Assembly (NCBI GenBank): GCA_965116885.1 | Contig: OZ220741.1 | Coordinates: forward strand, 640,001 to 704,000 | DNA from: Candidatus Latescibacterota bacterium | GTDB lineage: Bacteria; Latescibacterota; UBA2968 | DNA length: 64,000 nt | Direction: 5' to 3' | Part shown: positions 16,461-27,213 of the stretch, one piece after another | Numbering within the stretch: position 1 is the stretch's first letter | Layout: every line of letters starts with the position of its first letter | Position numbers and translations under genes: made by a program | The notes under the pieces: generated by a model | Seen by the model: only the letters and a program-made list of their open reading frames with translations | Told to the model about the DNA's origin: nothing | Database searches by the model: none

Positions 16461-18877
16461 ATCAGGAAGGATTACCCGACTACTGGGGTATTGAAACTTC
16501 TTTGACAAACTGCTTGCCATAGGCATCCACATTGTCATCAGGAAGGATTACCCGACTACTGGGGTATTGAAACATAACCCTTACCTTTCCTGTCTTGTGC
16601 TCCGTGGATATATCATCAGGAAGGATTACCCGACTACTGGGGTATTGAAACTTGGTCGCGCGCACGTATCCCTAAGGGCTTATTAAACACATCAGGAAGG
16701 ATTACCCGACTACTGGGGTATTGAAACTTGTTTGTGATGATCATATAGATGCGCTTGGCCTCTTCAAAATCAGGAAGGATTACCCGACTACTGGGGTATT
16801 GAAACAGGTCTGAGTTGACTTCTTTGAGCTGGTTTGTCATGTTTCGATCAGGAAGGATTACCCGACTACTGGGGTATTGAAACTCATACGTCTCAAGGAT
16901 ACCATGGTCACAGAAATATTCTGCCCATCAGGAAGGATTACCCGACTACTGGGGTATTGAAACTTTACTTGCGAAGTAGCCATTGCCAAATCTCCTTATG
17001 TGATCAGGAAGGATTACCCGACTACTGGGGTATTGAAACCGTTCAATCGAAACCTCATCATCATATCCGTACATTACCATCAGGAAGGATTACCTGACTA
17101 CTGGGGTATTGAAACAATTTTGCGTCTTGCAAGGTCTTGTATGTGCCTATCAATTCATCAGGAAGGATTACCCGACTACTGGGGTATTGAAACCAACGTC
17201 CCAAATTCGGTTTCTGATTTCCAGGCATCAGGAAGGATTACCCGACTACTGGGGTATTGAAACTAATTGGGAAAGTAATGACGATCTGGTGCATAGAAAC
17301 AATCAGGAAGGATTACCCGACTACTGGGGTATTGAAACTTAACGCGGCGTGTAAAAGGATTGTTCTTTTTTCGATTAGCCATTTTTATCAGGAAGGATTA
17401 CCCGACTAATGGGGTATTGAAACACAATAGCGATTGCCGCTTGCAACTCCTGTGCCGTGTATATCAGGAAGGATTACCCGACTAATGGGGTATTGAAACT
17501 CGTTATGGTTGGGCTGCTCCCGAATAGAGGCTTCCGCATCATGAAGGATTACCTGACTATTGGGGTATTGAAACATCATATGAGCGTACATCATCGGAAC
17601 CTGGGGCGGCGGATTGATCATGAAGGGTTACCCAACTACTGGGGTATTGAAACTTGTAGATTTTATCAAACCAGTTGCGCTGAGGATCCATCAATCAGGC
17701 AGGACTACCCGATTATTGAGGTATTGAAACCCGATTCACAGGTTCTTCCAATACGCTTCCGCACCGTGAACCAGGAAGGGTTACCTGCTTACTGGGGTAT
17801 TGAAACACATATGGACCACGGTCATTGACACGAACAATCACCGCTTATCAGGAAGAATTACTCGCCTATTGGGGTATTGAAACATCGCGTGAAGCGTGCC
17901 AAGGCCCACGCATCCGTCCATCAGGCAGGAGTACCCGATTACTGGGGTATTGAAACTCATTTTCTGTTTTCTCTTGAATGAAGTTACCATCGGACGTAAT
18001 CAGGAAGGACTATCTGCTTATTGGGATATTGAAACGTGCCGGTCATGACCATGCCTGCCAAGCAGACATGACATTCAGGAAGGATTACTCGCTTACTGGG
18101 GTATTGAAACTTATCAAGTGCGCTATCACAATCGTCGAACACAATCAAGATCAGGCAGGACTACCCGACTAATGGGGTATTGAAACGTGTACGACATCTC
18201 GCCAATCAGGTCGGGACCGATCAGCCGTCAGGCAGGACTACCCGATTACTGGGGTATTGAAACCCGTCAACACTCTTCTTGGCATACAGCGTTGCCATAC
18301 CTTGAATCAGGAAGGATTACCCGACTAATGGGGGATTGAAATCCAGGGTAGTTTTTGTGTTTCTCGATGTCCACACCAAATCAGGAAGGATTACCTGCTT
18401 ACTGGGGTATTGAAACGCCATTTCAATTGGGTACGTGTCAAACTTGATAAAACCCATCAGGAAGGATTACCCGACTAATGGGGTATTGAAACTTACCTCC
18501 GTGTGAAATTGGTATCGGTCTGTCTCGTCCCATCAGGAAGGATTACCCGACTAATGGGGTATTGAAACGCCTGTTGCGCTATGATTGCGTTCAGGGATTC
18601 GATCTTGTCAATCAGGAAGGATTACCCGACTAATGGGGTATTGAAACCGATCTACGCCGGGGCGAGAATTGATATTTGTCTGGATGAATCAGGAAGGATT
18701 ACCCGACTAATGGGGTATTGAAACTTGTCAAGTGCACGTTTCACGGTCATGTGTGAACATTGTATCAGGAAGGATTACCCGACTAATGGGGTATTGAAAC
18801 TTGACGGCATCGTACAACGCCTTCTGGATTGTGTCCAGATATCAGGAAGGATTACCCGACTAATGGGGTATTGGAAC
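16461..18877 (+). CRISPR. CRISPR array: 32 repeats of 37 nt, consensus ATCAGGAAGGATTACCCGACTA(C/A)TGGGGTATTGAAAC, 31 spacers of about 33-48 nt
   Basis: Counted by hand: first repeat 16461-16497, last (ending TTGGAAC) 18841-18877; internal stem TACCC/GGGTA; 3' ATTGAAAC handle typical of Cas6-processed repeats. Confidence 0.98.
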
Positions 18878-18921
18878 GCGTGATATGACGGGGAAGCGGA
18901 GATATATGTTGAGGAGACAGA

Positions 18922-19074
18922 ATGTTAACTCTAATACTAATCGGTTTTGCTATTGTCTGCTTTTATGCGTTGTTCTGGACGAGAGACAACAACGCAAAAG
19001 ATAATGATGACTTTATGGTTATACCAGAAAGGGAAAGAGACGACGATGATGAAATTCAAGATGACGGATACTGA
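18922..19074 (+). CDS. 50-aa small protein with an N-terminal hydrophobic helix and acidic tail
   Basis: GAGGAG RBS then MLTLILIGFAIVCFYALFWTRDNNAKDNDDFMVIPERERDDDDEIQDDGY*; below the ORF-track length cutoff. Confidence 0.5.
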   Translation: MLTLILIGFAIVCFYALFWTRDNNAKDNDDFMVIPERERDDDDEIQDDGY

Positions 19075-19080
19075 GCAAAA

Positions 19081-19145
19081 CCTTCTGGATCGCGGCTCAA
19101 CCATGTCCCTGCATGGTGTTGAGCAGGGAACCATGCCGCGATGAC
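19081..19145. repeat. palindromic intergenic repeat CCTTCTGGATCGCGGC...CATGCCGCGATGAC (shorter copy at about 20484-20519)
   Basis: The two copies share both ends. Confidence 0.65.
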
Positions 19146-19317
19146 AACGCCCAACCAGCCCCCAATTATACCATTGTCGCATGGATAACAGGACCGAGAT
19201 GGAGATAAGTTGACGACAGACCAAAAAATCGCTTTTTTTCACGCTTGATTGCGCCTCCGTGGAATAGAGCCAGAATTTAACAACCCGTTGATGGAGCGTA
19301 TCAGCGGGGAATTTTTT

Positions 19318-20445
19318 ATGAGAAATCGCATGAAATCTATCGTCGCGCACAGTGCCAACCCCTATTTGCCAGCCACTGCCACCTGGATATACGACCAGAT
19401 TCGCGCACTGAAACGGTATCGCCCCATCGTCCTCACACAAACGCGCCAGAACCTGGACCGCTTTCCCACAGAAACCGTCTTATCCGCCGAAGATATCTCG
19501 TCCATTCGCAGAACAACCCTGCGCCTCATTCGCAAAATGCGCGGCACGTACGCCGGCTATGAAAACTGGCTGCGCGAACACAACGCCGCCCTCATCCACG
19601 CGCACTTTGGACAAGAGGGATACCGATGTCTCTCCGCAAAACAGCGCGCGGGCATCCCCCTCATCACCACCTTTTACGGCCTGGACATATCGGCACTTCC
19701 CCGGCAAAAAAAATGGCAAAAACGATACAAACGACTCTTTGCCGAAGGCGACCTCTTCCTGGTTGAAGGACCCTTCATGGGCGAACAACTCATCGCACTG
19801 GGATGTCCGGCCAACCGGGTAATCGTACAACACCTGGGCGTAGATCTCGACAAAATACCCTTCAGAACAGACCCCACACCCAAACAACCCATCGTATTGA
19901 CATACAGCGTATTTCGAGAAAAAAAGGGATTGAAATACGCAATCCAGGCTTATGCAAAAATAGCGAAAAAATACCCGGACGCCCAACTGCGGATGATCGG
20001 CGACGGACCTTTGCGTCCACACCTACAAGCCGAAATACGAAATCTACACCTTGAAAACCGCGTCAAAATGCTCGGCCTGCTTCCCCATCCCACCGCACTT
20101 GAAGAACTAAAACGCGCGACAATCCTCCTCTATCCCAGCGTCACAGCATCAGATGGCGACACCGAAGGCGGCGCACCCGTCGCGCTCATCGAAGCCATGG
20201 CAATGGGCGTCCCCATTGTATCGTCCCTACACGCCGACATTCCCGAAGTCGTAATCGACAAAACCTGTGGCCTATTATATCCCGAACGAGATGTCGCGGG
20301 CCTCGCTGAGGGACTGGACACCCTCCTCAGTTCCCCCGAACAATTTGGCCGCGCTGGCCGTGCCCATGTCGAAAAACAGCACAACCTGGAGAGACAAGCC
20401 GAAAAATTAGAGGTGATTTATGATAGGGTCCTGAAAAAAACATAA
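19318..20445 (+). CDS. glycosyltransferase family 4 (WcaL-like)
   Basis: IHAHFG, EKKGL, IGDGPLR, SVTASDGDTEGGAPVALIEAMAMG. Confidence 0.88.
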   Translation: MRNRMKSIVAHSANPYLPATATWIYDQIRALKRYRPIVLTQTRQNLDRFPTETVLSAEDISSIRRTTLRLIRKMRGTYAGYENWLREHNAALIHAHFGQEGYRCLSAKQRAGIPLITTFYGLDISALPRQKKWQKRYKRLFAEGDLFLVEGPFMGEQLIALGCPANRVIVQHLGVDLDKIPFRTDPTPKQPIVLTYSVFREKKGLKYAIQAYAKIAKKYPDAQLRMIGDGPLRPHLQAEIRNLHLENRVKMLGLLPHPTALEELKRATILLYPSVTASDGDTEGGAPVALIEAMAMGVPIVSSLHADIPEVVIDKTCGLLYPERDVAGLAEGLDTLLSSPEQFGRAGRAHVEKQHNLERQAEKLEVIYDRVLKKT

Positions 20446-20450
20446 AGAGC

Positions 20451-20476
20451 GGGACGGCACAGGGGCCGTCCCCTAC
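20451..20476. repeat. GTAG-type REP element GGGACGGCACAGGGGCCGTCCCCTAC
   Basis: Hairpin with terminal CTAC (GTAG on the minus strand); identical copies at 29783 and, inverted, at 39112. Confidence 0.8.
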
Positions 20477-20645
20477 AACAACACCTTCTGGATCGCGGCT
20501 TTAAGCATGCCGCGATGACGATTACGACCCTATATAGACTCGCTCAGTAATGGATAACCTGCACCAATGGTTATCCTTGACATCCGTGACTATTGACACA
20601 ATTTATGGCAGTGTCATTTCCCGCGTACTTAAACCGGAGACAAAA

Positions 20646-22019
20646 ATGCCTGAACACCCCAACCTCGTATTTATATTCCCCGATGAATATCGCAGACAGG
20701 CCATGGGATTCATGAACGAAGACCCCGTCATAACGCCCAACATCGACCGATTTGCGTCTGAAAGCCTCGTATTAACCGACGCCGTAAGCACCAGACCCGT
20801 ATGCAGCCCATATCGGGCAATGCTCTTCACCGGACAATATCCCCACGCCAATGGCGTACTCAGCAACGTCAACTCCACCACGGTACAATACGAAAACTAC
20901 CTGCGAGAAAACGCACGGTGCTTCTCAGACGTATTGCACGACGCTGGCTACAACCAGGCGTACCTGGGCAAACTACACCTCGATCCCCCCAACGAGCAAT
21001 ACGAATACACCGAAGGACCGAGAGGAAATGGCGTCATCTGGGACTCATACACCCCACCGGGACCGCGCAGACACGGATATGACTTCTGGTATTCCTACGG
21101 CTGTTGCGACTGGCACTTCAACCCCCACTATTGGACCGGCAATGACCCCATTGAAAAGCGCATTGAACCGCGGGAATGGTCTCCCAAACACGAAACCGAC
21201 ATCGCAATAAACTACATCCGCAACAAAGGTGGCAAATACAGAGATCCCAAAAAACCATTCTCACTCGTCATATCCCACAACCCACCGCACATGCCATTCA
21301 AACAAGTACCGGAAAAATACGTCGCCCAATACGGCGACGTCACCCATGAAGACCTCTTGACGCGCCCCAACGTACCCACAGATGAACGCGGCGACAGCGC
21401 CCGCGAAAACGCGAAACACTACTTCGCCATGGTAACCGGCGTCGATGAAAACTTCGGACGCATCCTGGACTGTTTAAAAACAGAGGGCCTGGAAGAAAAC
21501 ACCATCGTAGTCTTCACCTCTGACCACGGTGAAATGATGGGCAGCCACGGCCGCATAGGCAAAACCGTACACTACGAAGAATCCTTCACCGTCCCATTTA
21601 TCATCCGCTGGCCCGGAAAAATCACACCCGGCACAGATGACCTGTTAATCGGCACACCCGACTTGATGCCCACATTGCTCAACCTCATGGGCGTGGGACA
21701 GGTCCCCGACAGCGTCCAGGGAACGGATTACTCCGACATCCTCCTCGGCAAAGAAAGCACGCGCCCGACCTCTGCACTCTACCTCAACGTAATGCCCAAC
21801 GACCCTGCGGGCGGATCGCGCGGCGTGCGCACACACCGACACACGTATGTGATCACGCGAACGCCCGAAGGCGAAGAAATAATCCTCCACGACAACATCG
21901 CGGACCCCTATCAACTCCAAAACATCGCTGGCGATCATCCCGGCCTTGAAGCAGAACTTGAAAAAGAAATGAACAACTGGTTGGCAAAAACCGGCGACCC
22001 ATGGTTAATCCAACAATAA
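20646..22019 (+). CDS. sulfatase
   Basis: PNLVFIFPDE, CSPYR FGly motif, GKLHL, PPH, FTSDHG. Confidence 0.92.
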   Translation: MPEHPNLVFIFPDEYRRQAMGFMNEDPVITPNIDRFASESLVLTDAVSTRPVCSPYRAMLFTGQYPHANGVLSNVNSTTVQYENYLRENARCFSDVLHDAGYNQAYLGKLHLDPPNEQYEYTEGPRGNGVIWDSYTPPGPRRHGYDFWYSYGCCDWHFNPHYWTGNDPIEKRIEPREWSPKHETDIAINYIRNKGGKYRDPKKPFSLVISHNPPHMPFKQVPEKYVAQYGDVTHEDLLTRPNVPTDERGDSARENAKHYFAMVTGVDENFGRILDCLKTEGLEENTIVVFTSDHGEMMGSHGRIGKTVHYEESFTVPFIIRWPGKITPGTDDLLIGTPDLMPTLLNLMGVGQVPDSVQGTDYSDILLGKESTRPTSALYLNVMPNDPAGGSRGVRTHRHTYVITRTPEGEEIILHDNIADPYQLQNIAGDHPGLEAELEKEMNNWLAKTGDPWLIQQ

Positions 22020-22029
22020 GGAGCAATAA

Positions 22030-23340
22030 ATGCCAGACACCCCAAACCTCCTCGTCATACACACCGACGAACAAAGCTGCTGGACATTGAGCGCATACAA
22101 CGGAACACTCGTCGAAACGCCCCACATCGACTCCCTTGCAAACGAAGGCGCGATCTTGACCAACTTCATGGTCAACGTCGCCGTATGCACCCCATCCCGG
22201 GGCGTATTCCTCACCGGACGCTACGAACATGTACACGGCGCGTACCGCAACAACATCCCTCTCAACCGCGATGAAATCACATTTGCTCAAGCACTAAAAG
22301 ACCGCGGATACGACACCGGATACGCGGGCAAATGGCACCTGGACGGCCCCCCGCGCCCCGGCTGGGTACACCCCGAACGCACAATGGGCTTTGACGACGC
22401 CCAATACATGTTCAACCGCGGACACTGGAAAAAAATCGAAGACGTCAATATGGGCGATGTACAACCCACAGTGTTTAACTACAGAACCATGGGCGACGAA
22501 AAAACGTATCCAACCGACTGGCTAACCGAAAAAACCAACGAATTTATGACGCGAGATCGAGAAAACCCATTTTGTTTCATGCTCAGCATACCCGATCCCC
22601 ATCCGCCATTTACCGTGCGCCCACCCTACGACACCATGTACAACCCCGCAGACATGCCATTGCCCGACACGCGCAACGAAGAAAATCAGCCCAGTTGGGT
22701 ACCCAAAAAACAGGCTCCAAAAGACGAAATCCTGCGCAAACACATGGCCCAATACTGCGGCATGGTCAAAGTCATCGACGACTGCGTGGGCAGAATGCTC
22801 GATGCGCTACGCGAAAAAGGGATCTTAGACAACACAATAGTCGTATTCACCTCCGACCACGGCGAATACCTCGGCGAACACGGATTAATGGGCAAAAATC
22901 AACTCTATGAAACGGCTTATCGCGTCCCCATGTTAATCCGCTGGCCCGAAAAAATCGCTGCAGGAACGCGAATAGATCGCCTGGTCGGATCCGTCGATTT
23001 TATGCCCACCATCTTGACCCTCATGGGATTTGAACCCTGTGGCCGAGAACACGGGCGAGATGCATCTGCACTCTTATGCGGCGAAGAAATCGAATGGGAC
23101 GACATCTGTTATATCCACCACGACCCAAACAGAGCCGGCGTATTCACCCCCAATTACGAACTGGCTTATGTAAAGGACCACGACGCCATACTCTTTGATC
23201 GCCAAAACGATCCCGACCAGGTGAACAACCTGTTTGATGCCCCCGAACACCGGGAAATGATCGCAACCATGACCGCCGACCTCGCTGCGCATCACGCATC
23301 GGTCAACTCGCCATCAGCAGAATGGTTGCGGGAGCTATAA
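22030..23340 (+). CDS. sulfatase
   Basis: PNLLVIHTDE, CTPSR, GKWHL, DPHPP, FTSDHG. Confidence 0.92.
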   Translation: MPDTPNLLVIHTDEQSCWTLSAYNGTLVETPHIDSLANEGAILTNFMVNVAVCTPSRGVFLTGRYEHVHGAYRNNIPLNRDEITFAQALKDRGYDTGYAGKWHLDGPPRPGWVHPERTMGFDDAQYMFNRGHWKKIEDVNMGDVQPTVFNYRTMGDEKTYPTDWLTEKTNEFMTRDRENPFCFMLSIPDPHPPFTVRPPYDTMYNPADMPLPDTRNEENQPSWVPKKQAPKDEILRKHMAQYCGMVKVIDDCVGRMLDALREKGILDNTIVVFTSDHGEYLGEHGLMGKNQLYETAYRVPMLIRWPEKIAAGTRIDRLVGSVDFMPTILTLMGFEPCGREHGRDASALLCGEEIEWDDICYIHHDPNRAGVFTPNYELAYVKDHDAILFDRQNDPDQVNNLFDAPEHREMIATMTADLAAHHASVNSPSAEWLREL

Positions 23341-23351
23341 TAGGAGGATCT

Positions 23352-23831
23352 ATGGCATTTGATTCACGGCTACAACGAGATATAATGGGGCGGTTTGCAA
23401 CCGGCGTAACCGTCGTCACCACGCGATACAAAAACGGCGACATAACCGGCATGACAGCCAATGCCGTCATGTCTTTGTCGCTGGACCCACCGCTCGTCGT
23501 GGTATCGGTCGATAAATCGGCGACCATGCACAGCGCCTTATCGGATGGACAGTGCTATGCAATCAACATCCTCACCCGAGAGCAAGAGCATCTTTCCAAC
23601 CGATTTGCCATGCCGGGACCAAAGGACTTTTCCGATCTAACATTGCGCGAAAGCAAAACAGGTGCGCCGATTTTGGAGGGAACACTGGGATATCTCGACT
23701 GCAAGATAGTGAACATCTTGCCAGCAGGCGACCACGACATGTTTGTAGGAGAAATACTGGCGGGAGAATTGGGAGAGGGGAACCCGTTGCTCTATTATGG
23801 AGGGAAGTATCGAAGTCTGGCAGAAGAATAA
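23352..23831 (+). CDS. flavin reductase family protein
   Basis: MGRFATGVTVVT, SLSLDPPLV, AGDHDMFVGE, PLLY; AGGAGG RBS. Confidence 0.9.
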   Translation: MAFDSRLQRDIMGRFATGVTVVTTRYKNGDITGMTANAVMSLSLDPPLVVVSVDKSATMHSALSDGQCYAINILTREQEHLSNRFAMPGPKDFSDLTLRESKTGAPILEGTLGYLDCKIVNILPAGDHDMFVGEILAGELGEGNPLLYYGGKYRSLAEE

Positions 23832-23833
23832 GC

Positions 23834-25549
23834 TCAGGTATGAACATACATATCCAAAAACCGCTTTTCCCCTTCTGAACTGCCAATAAGGAGAATCTCC
23901 GCTGCTCTTGGCAGAGGTTCATTGGGATCGGGATTGAGCTGCATTTCGTGGTTATCATTAAGTGCGATAATCGTGCATCCCGTATTCCTGCGAATAGCTG
24001 AATTTGCAATCGTCTTTCCAACAAGTGAAGAGGGCATTTTCATTCTAAACACACTGATATCCTCACTAAACACGCTCAGACTCTCTGCCACCATCAGAGT
24101 ATCACTGCGCTTTAAGAAATTGAAAATCGCATCTGCGCCCATCGACGCATAAGACATGACAAAATCCGCGCCCGCGCGGTGCAGAGTCGCGATATTTCTC
24201 TCTTGCGTAACGCGGCTGATAATCTGAATTTCCGGATTTAATCGCCGGCAATAAACCGTGAGATAAACATTGATATCATCATCGTGCGTCGTAATAATAA
24301 CCGTCAACGCATCCAGAATCTCGGCGCTTTTCAAAACCTCAAAATCCGCGGCATTACCCACAATGCAATTATCGAGCCTCTGAGCTTGCTCGGGATCTTT
24401 TTCCACAATCCGATAGTCAATACCCTGTTCCACAAGCGTGCGCGCAGCCTCCATGCCAACACCACCACCACCAATAATCACAACGGGAGCATTTGAAACT
24501 TTGTAGATACAGAACAACTCGTTAAATCTATCCAACTGACTCTGCGTCCCCGTCATCACCAGCACCGTGTGGGGACCGATACGGGTATCGGGCAATGCCG
24601 ATTGAAAAATACCGCGTTCCCAAACGCCGACCGCCGTCAGACCCAGTTCTCTACGCAGGCCAATCTCCTCGAGCGTTTTACCCACAAGAGGCGTATGGGC
24701 CGCCGTGGTCTCGGCAATAAACAAATCGTCGTACTGGCCAATCACATGCGCTGCGGTCTCTCCGCTCTGGGTGCGTCGCGCAAGAGATGCGCCCAGCATT
24801 TTTTCGAGTTGAAGCACATGGTCGCATCCCGCTAATTCGAGAATATCCACGGAATCGGAATCATCCACCTTGGCGATAATCGGCACAGTGGGATTGAGAT
24901 CGCGCACAGTAAATGCAATATGGGTATTAATCGGATCGGTATCTGTTGCCGCAACAAGCGCCGCTTGTTCAATCTGCATTTTTTTGTATGTTTCAGGATT
25001 GTCCAAATCCCCAACCACAACATTGATACCCTGATCGTAAAGTTGCTGTGCGTGCGCCAAATCTGGCGTGATGAGATAGTAGGAATATTGGTAGCGATCC
25101 AGCTTATGGATAAGCGCTTGTGCAATGGGGTCATAGTTGGTCAACAAAACATGCTCTCGCGTACTGCGGGGCAACTGACGCGGCGCGCGGGCTTCGGATT
25201 GGGCTTGAATCCACGGCGCATAAAAAAACTGAATAAAAGTAAACGGCAAAACAATGAGCAAAAAAACCATACCCGTCAGCAAAACCACCATAGAGAATAA
25301 ACGCCCCAAATCTCCCTGGAAAGTAATATCGCCAAAACCCAATGTTGACATAACCGTAAGCGTCCAATAAAAACCCGTAAACCAGCTAAACTCCTGGCCC
25401 TCTCTCAGCATAATCAGATGAAAAAGAACGCTAAAAATTGTGACAATCACAGAAAAGGCCAGCAGCAATTTGAACAGCACACCGAGATTTCGCCGAGCTG
25501 TGCGCTTTCCCAATAAAAAGGCGAGTTGTGGGGCAAGGCCTTTGAGCAT
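23834..25549 (-). CDS. potassium channel protein with two TrkA-N/TrkA-C (RCK) modules
   Basis: Two TM helices around the pore motif MSTLGFGDI, then two NAD-binding-type/TrkA-C modules (IIGGGGVG). Confidence 0.88.
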   Translation of the reverse strand: MLKGLAPQLAFLLGKRTARRNLGVLFKLLLAFSVIVTIFSVLFHLIMLREGQEFSWFTGFYWTLTVMSTLGFGDITFQGDLGRLFSMVVLLTGMVFLLIVLPFTFIQFFYAPWIQAQSEARAPRQLPRSTREHVLLTNYDPIAQALIHKLDRYQYSYYLITPDLAHAQQLYDQGINVVVGDLDNPETYKKMQIEQAALVAATDTDPINTHIAFTVRDLNPTVPIIAKVDDSDSVDILELAGCDHVLQLEKMLGASLARRTQSGETAAHVIGQYDDLFIAETTAAHTPLVGKTLEEIGLRRELGLTAVGVWERGIFQSALPDTRIGPHTVLVMTGTQSQLDRFNELFCIYKVSNAPVVIIGGGGVGMEAARTLVEQGIDYRIVEKDPEQAQRLDNCIVGNAADFEVLKSAEILDALTVIITTHDDDINVYLTVYCRRLNPEIQIISRVTQERNIATLHRAGADFVMSYASMGADAIFNFLKRSDTLMVAESLSVFSEDISVFRMKMPSSLVGKTIANSAIRRNTGCTIIALNDNHEMQLNPDPNEPLPRAAEILLIGSSEGEKRFLDMYVHT

Positions 25550-25703
25550 ATCGGTTATTCCTGAAAAAGGGACTGGGATCTGACCGCTGGGCGAGGCAGG
25601 CCTCGCCCCTACATCCACACCAACCACTAACTATTTGTTTTTCAAAAATAGGCTATCGCAACAGTTGTGTCAATTTGGTTCTCAGAACAGAAAGGAACTC
25701 GAA

Positions 25704-27131
25704 ATGCCATCCAGATGCAATATCCTGCTCATAATCTCAGAAGACAACGGGCAGCATATCGGTTGTTATGGCGACCCTTATGCACAAACGCCGCACATAG
25801 ATAAACTCGCCTCTGAAGGCGTGCGATTTGAAAACATGTATGCGACACAGGCCGTATGCAGCCCTGGCCGGGCGAGTATTCTAACCGGATTATATCCACA
25901 CCAGAATGGTCAGTTCGGATTGGCAACCCATAAGTATGCATTGTACGATGCATTTCCCAACATGCCTCGCCTATTAAAAAACGAAGGATACAGAACCGGG
26001 CTAATCGGCAAATTGCACATCAATCCCGAAGACGCCTTTCCCTACGACCTGCGGTGGAATCCGAAAGAATTTATCAGCTTTGCCAACCGCGACGTACGCA
26101 AAATGGCCGAAGTAGCAGGTGAATTCATGAAATCATCGGACGAGCCGTTCTTTTTGCAAATCAGTTTTCCCGACGCACACCTGCCATTCCACCGCCAACA
26201 ATTCGGCGTACCAGAACAACCACAGGAAGGCAAAGACGTCGAAACGCTCCCATTTGTCGGCATTGATACCCCTCGCCTCCGAGAAGAAACCGCAGACTAC
26301 TACAACTGCATGTCCAGATTGGATACCGGCATAGGACTGGTTCTACAACAACTGAACGCCCTGGGAAAAACCGAAAATACACTCGTAATTTTTACCACCG
26401 ATCACGGCGCCCAGTTTTCACGGGGAAAAACATCGATCTACGAGGGCGGATTGCGCATACCGCTAATCGTGCGATGCCCCGGCATCGGTCTTGAAGGTCA
26501 CACACGCGATGAATTGGTATCACAAATCGACATCTTGCCAACTGTAACAGATATTTTGGGAATAGCGTGCCCCGCTGTAGCAGGCGCATCCTTTGCCCCC
26601 CTGTTAAAAGGACAAAAAACTGAATGGCGGACTCATTTATACGCCGAATGGGGAAGCGGTGGCGTCGTCACGTATTTCCCACAGCGCTGTGTGCGAGATG
26701 GCCGATACAAACTCATCGCCAACCTCCTCCAGGACCGCCCAAGCCCGAGCGCACAGGGATATTCGGACAGAAACCAAAAATGGACATCTGGCGCAACACA
26801 AGAAGAAATTGCCGATTCCGACAAGCGCATTCGGGCAGCTTACGAACTCTACGAACAACCACCCGAATACGAAGTCTATGACCTGCAAAACGACCCCTGG
26901 GAATTTGAAAATCTATCCCATAATCCGGCATACCGCGACGTATTACAGGCATTAAAAAATCGCCTTGAGACCTGGCAAAAAGAAACCGACGACGCCCTGA
27001 GACATCCCGAAAACCTGCATCGCCTCACTCAAAAACACGACGAAATCCTGGAAAAATACTACGCGGAAAGCATATGGGGCAGTTCTCGAGATTACGAATG
27101 GGACTACACCGAATACCTCTACGAACGTTAA
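25704..27131 (+). CDS. sulfatase, N-sulfoglucosamine sulfohydrolase-like
   Basis: NILLIISED, CSPGR, GKLH, DAHLPF, TTDHG, RGKT, DPWEFENL. Confidence 0.88.
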   Translation: MPSRCNILLIISEDNGQHIGCYGDPYAQTPHIDKLASEGVRFENMYATQAVCSPGRASILTGLYPHQNGQFGLATHKYALYDAFPNMPRLLKNEGYRTGLIGKLHINPEDAFPYDLRWNPKEFISFANRDVRKMAEVAGEFMKSSDEPFFLQISFPDAHLPFHRQQFGVPEQPQEGKDVETLPFVGIDTPRLREETADYYNCMSRLDTGIGLVLQQLNALGKTENTLVIFTTDHGAQFSRGKTSIYEGGLRIPLIVRCPGIGLEGHTRDELVSQIDILPTVTDILGIACPAVAGASFAPLLKGQKTEWRTHLYAEWGSGGVVTYFPQRCVRDGRYKLIANLLQDRPSPSAQGYSDRNQKWTSGATQEEIADSDKRIRAAYELYEQPPEYEVYDLQNDPWEFENLSHNPAYRDVLQALKNRLETWQKETDDALRHPENLHRLTQKHDEILEKYYAESIWGSSRDYEWDYTEYLYER

Positions 27132-27213
27132 GGAGAAAACATGGCAAAAACCTATCCGCAGATGGACGCAGATGGACGCAGATAAAAAATTCTATGAATA
27201 TTAAGGGGAAATC

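Noticed and set aside
16344..18172. ORF-track entries with repeated FQYPSSRVILPD or QEGLPDYWGIET peptides
   Set aside because: They are translations of CRISPR repeats, not genes.
16498..18840. Self-targeting spacers within the window
   Set aside because: I saw no match by eye; an exhaustive alignment could not be run, so nothing is claimed.
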